A stretch of 15,474 nt of DNA from a virus (taxonomy: Duplodnaviria; Heunggongvirae; Uroviricota; Caudoviricetes). Below, in pieces: positions 7,666 through 14,190 of this stretch; the first letter of the stretch is position 1, and each line of letters starts with the position of its first letter. The stretch lies in the IMG/VR virus record IMGVR_UViG_2660238360_000003, one strand, 5' to 3'. The translations under genes were made by a program, and so were the position numbers. Under the pieces are notes generated by a model. That model did no database searches. It had not been told where the DNA came from and saw only the letters and a list, made by a program, of their open reading frames with translations.

Positions 7666-8046
7666 ATGAGAAAAATCCTAATCGCTGCCATGATGGCATC
7701 TGTATTGGCTGGGTGTGCTTCTTCAGGCAACCAGCAACTCAAAAATGAAACTGAAATTAGTGTCCAGTCTAAACTTCAGGAAGGTAAAACAACCAAGAAT
7801 GAGGTTAAATCTTACTTTGGTTCTCCTGATGCTGTTTCATATACTGACAGTGGAAACGAGATCTGGAAGTACGCCTTTGCAAAAGTAAAAGTTAATGGCA
7901 CCACTTTTATTCCATTCTATGGATTATTCCATAATGGAACGAACGGTACGAAAAAAGAACTTACTATTCTTTTTAACGATGACACGATTAAGAAATACAC
8001 AATGTCAGAAACCCAAATAAACTCGAAATCAGGTTGGGCTGACTGA
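7666..8046 (+). CDS. lipoprotein (126 aa) with possible BamE/SmpA-OmlA-like domain, in the rexAB position downstream of cI
   Basis: Signal peptide MRKILIAAMMASVLAGC with lipobox LAGC; AT-rich; GGAAAC upstream of ATG; possible own -10 TATAAT at 7645-7650; GKTTKNEVKSYFGSPD...WKYAF...LTILFN pattern recalls BamE-type lipoproteins. Confidence 0.75.
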   Translation: MRKILIAAMMASVLAGCASSGNQQLKNETEISVQSKLQEGKTTKNEVKSYFGSPDAVSYTDSGNEIWKYAFAKVKVNGTTFIPFYGLFHNGTNGTKKELTILFNDDTIKKYTMSETQINSKSGWAD

Positions 8047-8053
8047 TAATCAT

Positions 8054-8082
8054 ACCCGGCAACCGCGCCGGGTTTTCTTTTC
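8054..8082 (+). terminator. rho-independent terminator after the cI-lipoprotein unit
   Basis: Stem ACCCGGC / GCCGGGT with 6-nt loop, followed by TTTCTTTTCC. Confidence 0.8.
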
Positions 8083-8189
8083 CTCCCCCTCATAACTCAT
8101 ACCGTCCAAAAAACCACCACACCTCACTTCAGTTATCGCTATGCGATGCAAGTCACAAAATAAATCCATCCTAAATACAACCAGTTATA

Positions 8190-8250
8190 TTTAAAACAAC
8201 CGACAAAACAACTTTTGTTGTTGACGATAAAACAACTATAGTTTTAAATT
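8190..8250 (+). promoter_or_regulatory. candidate pL promoter and OL operator(s)
   Basis: -35 TTGACG 8221-8226, 17-bp spacer, -10 TTAAAT 8244-8249; inverted repeat AACAAC-TTTT-GTTGTT (8207-8222) overlaps the -35 and shares the hexamer with the OR palindrome. Confidence 0.45.
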
Positions 8251-8323
8251 AAATTCATCGCAACGACACAACGATACGGTAACCACCTGTTTCACCGTTG
8301 CGATGACCGCTTAGATCCGCAGT

Positions 8324-8734
8324 TTGAATTTCAGCAGGCTTCGGGGAGTGCGAGGGGTGAAACGGACGCGTGAACGTCGGTGTGACCAGCTGAAATCAAC
8401 ACAACACTTTATACCTCAGTCGCTTCAACGAGGCGGCTTAGTTATGACAACCGGCGGCCATCCACCGCCTGAATACGCGCAGAAGTCTCTATATGTTCAG
8501 CAGCCCAGCTTACGGGCAGGAGTTTTTATGGTTCATCAACATTACGGAACGCAGACCGTTAATCGCGGTGCGGTCATGCCAGGAATGCTGGTCAAACACA
8601 AAGATGGTACCTGGACTGCATCAGCTAATTTACGCGGACGGCTTTATCTGCATCGCGGCATCGAGCGCACTTATACCCGTGATTTGCTCGTAGAAGTTTT
8701 TCTCGACGGACGCGGTAACGGCCTGAATCACTAA
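8324..8734 (+). CDS. hypothetical protein at the head of the early-left operon (N / kil-cIII position); start uncertain (TTG 8324, GTG about 8351, ATG 8444, or ATG 8528 with AGGAG RBS)
   Basis: Open frame immediately upstream of gam; N-terminal region has an arginine-rich stretch KRTRERR reminiscent of N-protein ARMs, but the rest is unrecognised. Confidence 0.45.
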   Translation: MNFSRLRGVRGVKRTRERRCDQLKSTQHFIPQSLQRGGLVMTTGGHPPPEYAQKSLYVQQPSLRAGVFMVHQHYGTQTVNRGAVMPGMLVKHKDGTWTASANLRGRLYLHRGIERTYTRDLLVEVFLDGRGNGLNH

Positions 8735-8809
8735 TCCCCTTTCCTGTTTTCCTAATCAGCCTGGCATTTCGCGGGCGATATTTTCACAGCCATTTTCAGG
8801 AGTTCAGCC

Positions 8810-9106
8810 ATGAACGCTTATTACATTCAGGATCGTCTTGAGGCTCAGAGCTGGGCGCGTCACTACCAGCAGATCGCCCGTGAAGAGAAAGAGGCAGAAC
8901 TGGCAGACGACATGGAAAAAGGCCTGCCCCAGCACCTGTTTGAATCGCTATGCATCGATCATTTGCAACGCCACGGGGTCAGCAAAAAAGCCATTACCCG
9001 TGCGTTTGATGACGATGTTGAGTTTCAGGAGCGCATGGCAGAACACATCCGGTACATGGTTGAAACCATTGCTCACCACCAGGTTGATATTGATTCAGAG
9101 GTATAA
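8810..9106 (+). CDS. gam: Gam, host RecBCD inhibitor (short 98-aa form only)
   Basis: [56 protein letters not shown]... matches lambda Gam residues 41-138; in-frame upstream sequence hits a stop at 8753 with no ATG, so the long form is not encoded. Confidence 0.9.
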   Translation: MNAYYIQDRLEAQSWARHYQQIAREEKEAELADDMEKGLPQHLFESLCIDHLQRHGVSKKAITRAFDDDVEFQERMAEHIRYMVETIAHHQVDIDSEV

Positions 9107-9111
9107 AACGG

Positions 9112-9897
9112 ATGAGTACAGCACTCGCAACGCTGGCTGGGAAGCTGGCTGAACGAGTCGGCATGGATTCTGTCGACCCACAGGAACTGATCACCACTCT
9201 TCGCCAGACGGCATTTAAAGGTGATGCCAGCGATGCGCAGTTCATCGCATTGCTGATCGTCGCCAACCAGTACGGTCTTAATCCGTGGACGAAAGAAATT
9301 TACGCCTTCCCTGATAAGCAGAACGGCATCGTTCCGGTGGTGGGCGTTGATGGCTGGTCCCGCATCATCAACGAAAACCAGCAGTTTGACGGCATGGACT
9401 TTGAACAGGACAACGAATCCTGCACATGCCGGATTTACCGCAAAGACCGCAATCATCCGATCTGCGTTACCGAGTGGATGGATGAATGCCGCCGCGAACC
9501 ATTCAAAACCCGCGAAGGCAGAGAAATCACGGGGCCGTGGCAGTCGCATCCCAAACGGATGTTACGGCATAAAGCCATGATTCAGTGTGCCCGTCTGGCC
9601 TTCGGATTTGCTGGTATCTATGACAAGGATGAAGCCGAGCGCATTGTCGAAAATACTGCATACACTGCAGAACGTCAGCCGGAACGCGACATCACTCCGG
9701 TTAACGATGAAACCATGCAGGAGATTAACACTCTGCTGATCGCCCTGGATAAAACATGGGATGACGACTTATTGCCGCTCTGTTCCCAGATATTTCGCCG
9801 CGACATTCGCGCATCGTCAGAACTGACACAGGCCGAAGCAGTGAAAGCTCTTGGATTCCTTAAACAGAAAGCCACTGAGCAGAAGGTGGCAGCATGA
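9112..9897 (+). CDS. bet: Bet (Red-beta) single-strand annealing recombinase, 261 aa
   Basis: [66 protein letters not shown]... matches lambda Bet. Confidence 0.95.
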   Translation: MSTALATLAGKLAERVGMDSVDPQELITTLRQTAFKGDASDAQFIALLIVANQYGLNPWTKEIYAFPDKQNGIVPVVGVDGWSRIINENQQFDGMDFEQDNESCTCRIYRKDRNHPICVTEWMDECRREPFKTREGREITGPWQSHPKRMLRHKAMIQCARLAFGFAGIYDKDEAERIVENTAYTAERQPERDITPVNDETMQEINTLLIALDKTWDDDLLPLCSQIFRRDIRASSELTQAEAVKALGFLKQKATEQKVAA

Positions 9898-10574
9898 CAC
9901 CGGACATTATCCTGCAGCGTACCGGGATCGACGTGAGAGTTGTCGAACAGGGGGATGATGCATGGCACAAATTACGGCTCGGCGTCATCACCGCTTCAGA
10001 AGTTCACAACGTGATAGCAAAGCCCCGCTCAGGAAAGAAGTGGCCTGACATGAAAATGTCCTACTTCCACACCCTGCTGGCTGAGGTTTGCACCGGTGTG
10101 GCTCCGGAAGTTAATGCTAAGGCGCTGGCCTGGGGAAAACAGTACGAGAACGACGCCAGAACCCTGTTTGAATTCACTTCCGGCGTGAATATTACTGAAT
10201 CCCCGATCATCTATCGCGACGAAAATATGCGCACCGCCTGCTCTCCCGATGGTTTATGCAGTGACGGCAACGGCCTTGAACTGAAATGCCCGTTTACCTC
10301 CCGGGATTTCATGAAATTCCGGCTCGGTGGTTTCGAGGCAATAAAATCGGCTTACATGGCCCAGGTGCAGTACAGCATGTGGGTGACGCGAAAAGATGCC
10401 TGGTACTTTGCCAACTATGACCCGCGCATGAAGCGTGAAGGCCTGCATTACGTCGTGGTTGAGCGGAATGAAAAGTACATGGCGAGTTTTGACGAGATGG
10501 TGCCGGAGTTCATCGAAAAAATGGACGAGGCACTGGCTGAAATTGGTTTTGTATATGGGGAGCAATGGCAATGA
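9894..10574 (+). CDS. exo: lambda exonuclease (Red-alpha), 226 aa
   Basis: [65 protein letters not shown]... matches lambda Exo; start overlaps bet stop (ATGA). Confidence 0.95.
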   Translation: MTPDIILQRTGIDVRVVEQGDDAWHKLRLGVITASEVHNVIAKPRSGKKWPDMKMSYFHTLLAEVCTGVAPEVNAKALAWGKQYENDARTLFEFTSGVNITESPIIYRDENMRTACSPDGLCSDGNGLELKCPFTSRDFMKFRLGGFEAIKSAYMAQVQYSMWVTRKDAWYFANYDPRMKREGLHYVVVERNEKYMASFDEMVPEFIEKMDEALAEIGFVYGEQWQ

Positions 10575-10753
10575 AGCATCCTCACGATAATATCCGGGTA
10601 GGCGCGATCACTTTCGTCTACTCCGTTACAAAGCGAGGCTGGGTATTTCCCGGCCTTTCTGTTATCCGAAATCCGCTGAAAGCCCAGCGGCTGGCTGAGG
10701 AGATAAATAATAAACGGGGAGCTGTATGCACAAAGCATCTCCCGTTGAATTAA
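10571..10753 (+). CDS. lambda orf60a-like protein (exo-xis region), 60 aa
   Basis: [50 protein letters not shown]...; ATG overlaps exo stop; position matches lambda orf60a. Confidence 0.6.
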   Translation: MKHPHDNIRVGAITFVYSVTKRGWVFPGLSVIRNPLKAQRLAEEINNKRGAVCTKHLPLN

Positions 10754-10917
10754 GAACGAGTATCGAGATGGCACATAGCCTCGCTCAAATTGGAGTCAGG
10801 TTTGTGCCAATACCAGTAGAAACAGACGAAGAATTTCATACGTTAGCCGCATCCCTTTCACAAAAGCTGGAAATGATGGTGGCGAAAGCAGAAGCAGATG
10901 AGAGAGACCAGGTATGA
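10726..10917 (+). CDS. lambda orf63-like protein (exo-xis region), 63 aa
   Basis: [63 protein letters not shown]; position and length match lambda orf63. Confidence 0.6.
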   Translation: MHKASPVELRTSIEMAHSLAQIGVRFVPIPVETDEEFHTLAASLSQKLEMMVAKAEADERDQV

Positions 10918-10927
10918 CAACCACTGA

Positions 10928-11209
10928 ATGCATTTTTCTGGCAGCGGGCTTCATATTCTGTGTGCTTATGCTTGCCGACATGGGGCTTGTTCAATGACAC
11001 CTCAGCAAGAAAACGCCCTTCGCAGCATTGCCCGTCAGGCTAATTCTGAAATCAAAAAAGCCAGACAGCAGTTTCCGGATAAAAACGTCGATGACATTTG
11101 CCGTAGCGTACTAAAGAAGCACCGCGAAACGGTAACGCTGATGGGATTCACACCGACTCATTTAAGCCTGGCGATCGGCATGTTGAACGGCGTCTTTAAG
11201 GAACGGTGA
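10928..11209 (+). CDS. lambda orf61-like protein (exo-xis region); true start probably the internal ATG at 10994 (MTPQQENALRSIARQ..., 71 aa)
   Basis: ORF in the expected position; neither candidate start has a strong RBS. Confidence 0.5.
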   Translation: MHFSGSGLHILCAYACRHGACSMTPQQENALRSIARQANSEIKKARQQFPDKNVDDICRSVLKKHRETVTLMGFTPTHLSLAIGMLNGVFKER

Positions 11210-11307
11210 ACATGAAAAGCAAAATCATCAGGGAGCTACAGGCTCCTTTTTTATTATTCGCATTCACCCTCAAGCGTATTAACCAACAATTCAGGGATTA
11301 ATGAAAG

Positions 11308-11529
11308 ATGGCAGACATAATTGATTCAGCATCAGAAATTGAAGAATTACAGCGCAACACAGCAATAAAAATGCGCCGCCTGAACCACCAGGCTATATCT
11401 GCCACTCATTGTTGTGAGTGTGGCGATCCGATAGATGAACGAAGACGACTGGCCGTTCAGGGTTGTCGGACTTGTGCCAGTTGCCAGCAAGATCTGGAGC
11501 TTATCAGTAAACAGAGAGGTTCGAAGTGA
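11308..11529 (+). CDS. TraR/DksA-family C4 zinc-finger protein (lambda orf73-like), 73 aa
   Basis: CCECGDPIDERRRLAVQGCRTCASCQ four-cysteine motif typical of the TraR/DksA family; length and position match lambda orf73. Confidence 0.8.
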   Translation: MADIIDSASEIEELQRNTAIKMRRLNHQAISATHCCECGDPIDERRRLAVQGCRTCASCQQDLELISKQRGSK

Positions 11530-11681
11530 GCGAAATTAACTAGAAGCCAAAGATAAAATCATCGCTGAGCAGGAGAAAATCGCTAACGGAGAAAAGACAG
11601 TAAGTCAGTATATGAAAACCGCATGATATCATCAGATAAAAATCGGTCGTAAAGCGAAATATTAATACCAGAACAAACGAG

Positions 11682-11705
11682 TCGAGGTAAATTATATTAC
11701 CTCGA
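11682..11705. terminator. hairpin (9-bp perfect stem TCGAGGTAA / TTACCTCGA, loop ATTATA) between convergent genes; candidate bidirectional terminator
   Basis: Exact inverted repeat between orf73 (plus) and the membrane-protein gene (minus); flanks are A/T-rich but not a clean U-tract. Confidence 0.4.
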
Positions 11706-11739
11706 TAAATTAACTAAAACTTGCCCGCTATATACTATA

Positions 11740-12342
11740 TCATTCAGTATCATCACGCGCGGTCTGTGCATATGTCACTACCGCACCTAATATATTAATT
11801 TTCTTTTCAACATAGATAATATTATCGTACTCATAATTGCCATACGGATAGCAAATGCGAATATTCTCATGTAGATCGGGGTCATCCACCTCAGCTCCAG
11901 AACAACTTTTTGAACTACCGGAAGTATACCGATACGGTGCAACGTAAGACGATGTCTCTCCAGGCAAAAAATAAGTTAGTGTCGTAAGGGGTATAATCAG
12001 AAAAAATCCAGCAAATATGCACATCCCTGCATAAACCTTAAGGTATGCTGACAGACTCTTCCAGCCGCTTTGTTTTACTATCCCCTTCTTAACCCAAAAC
12101 AGAGATAACAGAAAAGCTATTCCCATGCTAAACAGAATGTAATAGTGGGATATACTCTGATTAAGAAACGTGACCCTGTAGATATCTGCCCGCCACCAGA
12201 AGAAAAGGAAAATAAAGATCAGCCCTGAAACTGTCATGCAAATCAAATAAGGATACGAATCTTTTTTCATGTTTAGCGCCCATAAAATTTTTCCTGACCC
12301 GGACAAATTTACCATCCATTTTTTGCGCAGAAAATAGCTCAT
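11740..12342 (-). CDS. hypothetical integral membrane protein (about 175-200 aa, three predicted TM segments, soluble C-terminal tail), AT-rich accessory gene
   Basis: Hydrophobic stretches YLICMTVSGLIFIFLFFWW, YYILFSMGIAFLLSLFWV, VYAGMCIFAGFFLIIPLTTLTYFL; opposite strand to the pL operon; occupies the position of lambda ea22/ea8.5; start ambiguous (ATG at 12342, 12315 or 12270, none with a strong RBS). Confidence 0.6.
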   Translation of the reverse strand: MSYFLRKKWMVNLSGSGKILWALNMKKDSYPYLICMTVSGLIFIFLFFWWRADIYRVTFLNQSISHYYILFSMGIAFLLSLFWVKKGIVKQSGWKSLSAYLKVYAGMCIFAGFFLIIPLTTLTYFLPGETSSYVAPYRYTSGSSKSCSGAEVDDPDLHENIRICYPYGNYEYDNIIYVEKKINILGAVVTYAQTARDDTE

Positions 12343-12515
12343 TACTTACTGCACAATAATACACAAAATTGCGTAAATTTTTTGCATGGATTTTAGCTCT
12401 TTCAGCCGACATTTAAGGGGTAAATAGCATTTCCTAAAAGCAACTGCACCAACCCAACAGAATGGGCTACCGCTTACGTTGAGAGCAAAAAAGTGTATAG
12501 CAGCAATGAACAGCA

Positions 12516-12570
12516 TCCTCGCACTGACGAGGATTTCTTTTATCTGAACTCGCTACGGCGAGTTTTTTTA
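12516..12570 (+). terminator. two tandem rho-independent terminators
   Basis: Hairpin TCCTCG-CACTGA-CGAGGA then TTTCTTTTAT (12516-12545); hairpin AACTCGC-TACG-GCGAGTT then TTTTTTTA (12547-12570). Confidence 0.65.
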
Positions 12571-12741
12571 TGGAGATGATAAATGCACTTCCGAGTCACA
12601 GGTGAATAGAATGGAGAACCATTCAACAGAGTTATCGAAGCCGAGAACATCAGCGACTGCTATGACCACTGGATGCTGTGGGCGCAGATAGCACATGCAG
12701 ACGTAACCAATATTCGAATTGAAGAACTGAAAGAACACCAA

Positions 12742-12765
12742 GCCGCCTGATGGCGGTTTTTTCTT
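12742..12765 (+). terminator. rho-independent terminator just upstream of xis
   Basis: Hairpin GCCGCC-TGAT-GGCGG(T) followed by TTTTTTCTT. Confidence 0.7.
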
Positions 12766-12789
12766 GCGTGTAATTGCGGAGACTTTGCG

Positions 12790-13008
12790 ATGTACTTGAC
12801 ACTTCAGGAGTGGAACGCTCGCCAGCGACGCCCAAGAAGCCTTGAAACAGTTCGTCGATGGGTGCGCGAATGCAGGATATTCCCTCCTCCGGTTAAGGAT
12901 GGAAGAGAATATCTGTTCCACGAATCAGCGGTAAAGGTTGACTTAAATCGACCAGTAACAGGTAGCCTTTTGAAGAGGATCAGAAATGGGAAGAAGGCGA
13001 AGTCATGA
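12790..13008 (+). CDS. xis: excisionase Xis (lambda-type), 72 aa
   Basis: MYLTLQEWNARQRRPRSLETVRRWVRECRIFPPPVKDGREYLFHESAVKVDLNRPVTGSLLKRIRNGKKAKS matches lambda Xis; 3' end overlaps int as in lambda. Confidence 0.95.
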   Translation: MYLTLQEWNARQRRPRSLETVRRWVRECRIFPPPVKDGREYLFHESAVKVDLNRPVTGSLLKRIRNGKKAKS

Positions 13009-14056
13009 GCGCCGGGATTTACCCCCTAACCTTTATATAAGAAACAATGGATATTACTGCTACAGGGACCCAAGGACGGGTAAAGAGTTTGGATTAGGCC
13101 GAGACAGGCGAATCGCAATCACTGAAGCTATACAGGCCAACATTGAGTTATTTTCAGGACACAAACACAAGCCTCTGACAGCGAGAATCAACAGTGATAA
13201 TTCCGTTACGTTACATTCATGGCTTGATCGCTACGAAAAAATCCTGGCCAGCAGAGGAATCAAGCAGAAGACACTCATAAATTACATGAGCAAAATTAAA
13301 GCAATAAGGAGGGGTCTGCCTGATGCTCCACTTGAAGACATCACCACAAAAGAAATTGCGGCAATGCTCAATGGATACATAGACGAGGGCAAGGCGGCGT
13401 CAGCCAAGTTAATCAGATCAACACTGAGCGATGCATTCCGAGAGGCAATAGCTGAAGGCCATATAACAACAAACCCTGTCGCTGCCACTCGCGCAGCAAA
13501 ATCAGAGGTAAGGAGATCAAGACTTACGGCTGACGAATACCTGAAAATTTATCAAGCAGCAGAATCATCACCATGTTGGCTCAGACTTGCAATGGAACTG
13601 GCTGTTGTTACCGGGCAACGAGTTGGTGATTTATGCGAAATGAAGTGGTCTGATATCGTAGATGGATATCTTTATGTCGAGCAAAGCAAAACAGGCGTAA
13701 AAATTGCCATCCCAACAACATTGCATGTTGATGCTCTCGGGATATCAATGAAGGAAACACTTGATAAATGCAAAGAGATTCTTGGCGGAGAAACCATAAT
13801 TGCATCTACTCGTCGCGAACCGCTTTCATCCGGCACAGTATCAAGGTATTTTATGCGCGCACGAAAAGCATCAGGTCTTTCCTTCGAAGGGGATCCGCCT
13901 ACCTTTCACGAGTTGCGCAGTTTGTCTGCAAGACTCTATGAGAAGCAGATAAGCGATAAGTTTGCTCAACATCTTCTCGGGCATAAGTCGGACACCATGG
14001 CATCACAGTATCGTGATGACAGAGGCAGGGAGTGGGACAAAATTGAAATCAAATAA
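12986..14056 (+). CDS. int: tyrosine integrase Int (lambda-type), 356 aa
   Basis: MGRRRSHERRDLPPNLYIRNNGYYCYRDPRTGKEFGLGRDRRIAITEAIQANIELFSGHKHKPL... near-identical to lambda Int as I recall it, including the C-terminal catalytic region (...HELRSLSARLYEKQ...HLLGHKSDTMASQYRD). Confidence 0.97.
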   Translation: MGRRRSHERRDLPPNLYIRNNGYYCYRDPRTGKEFGLGRDRRIAITEAIQANIELFSGHKHKPLTARINSDNSVTLHSWLDRYEKILASRGIKQKTLINYMSKIKAIRRGLPDAPLEDITTKEIAAMLNGYIDEGKAASAKLIRSTLSDAFREAIAEGHITTNPVAATRAAKSEVRRSRLTADEYLKIYQAAESSPCWLRLAMELAVVTGQRVGDLCEMKWSDIVDGYLYVEQSKTGVKIAIPTTLHVDALGISMKETLDKCKEILGGETIIASTRREPLSSGTVSRYFMRARKASGLSFEGDPPTFHELRSLSARLYEKQISDKFAQHLLGHKSDTMASQYRDDRGREWDKIEIK

Positions 14057-14160
14057 TGATTTTATTTTGACTGATAGTGACCTGTTCGTTGCAACAAATT
14101 GATAAGCAATGCTTTTTTATAATGCCAACTTAGTATAAAAAAGCAGGCTTCAACGGATTC
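14057..14160 (-). other. attL (B-O-P'): lambda att core GCTTTTTTATACTAA (minus strand, 14130-14144), P' arm with Int arm-type sites toward int, bacterial B arm toward ybhC
   Basis: Reverse complement of 14113-14152 reads TGAAGCCTGCTTTTTTATACTAAGTTGGCATTATAAAAAAGC; arm-type motif CAGGTCACTATCAGTCAAAATAAAATCATTA present on minus strand at about 14060-14090. Confidence 0.9.
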
Positions 14161-14190
14161 ATTTTTCTATTTCATAGCCCGGAGCAACCT

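Larger units (their letters stand above)
268..14144. mobile_element. lambda-like mosaic prophage, early/left arm, ending at attL core; other prophage end is outside the window
   Basis: Contiguous block of lambdoid genes (nin region, O, P, ren, cI/cro, gam, bet, exo, xis, int) ending at the att core next to ybhC. Confidence 0.9.

Noticed and set aside
7442-7699. Minus-strand 85-aa ORF in the cI-lipoprotein intergenic region
   Set aside because: No RBS; overlaps the lipoprotein start and its candidate promoter; AT-rich low-complexity translation.
8493-8693. Plus-strand 66-aa ORF in an alternative frame of the N-position gene
   Set aside because: Fully nested in the longer frame; no distinguishing start signal.
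8838-10774. ORFs antisense or out of frame to gam, bet and exo (8838..9152, 8994..9266, 9073..9549, 9347..9580, 9675..9968, 10254..10571, 10448..10774)
   Set aside because: Overlap the lambda-type Red genes identified with high confidence.
10796-10981. Minus-strand 61-aa ORF antisense to orf63/orf61
   Set aside because: Antisense to conserved exo-xis region genes; no RBS.
12161-12412. Minus-strand 83-aa ORF overlapping the 5' end of the membrane-protein gene
   Set aside because: Different frame, no RBS and not hydrophobic; probably chance. Kept in mind only because the membrane gene's own start is ambiguous.
12568-12921. Minus-strand ORFs (117 aa and 61 aa) overlapping xis and its upstream terminator
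   Set aside because: Antisense to xis and crossing an intrinsic terminator hairpin; no start signals.
13282-13805. Minus-strand ORFs of 68 and 65 aa inside int
   Set aside because: Antisense to the integrase gene.
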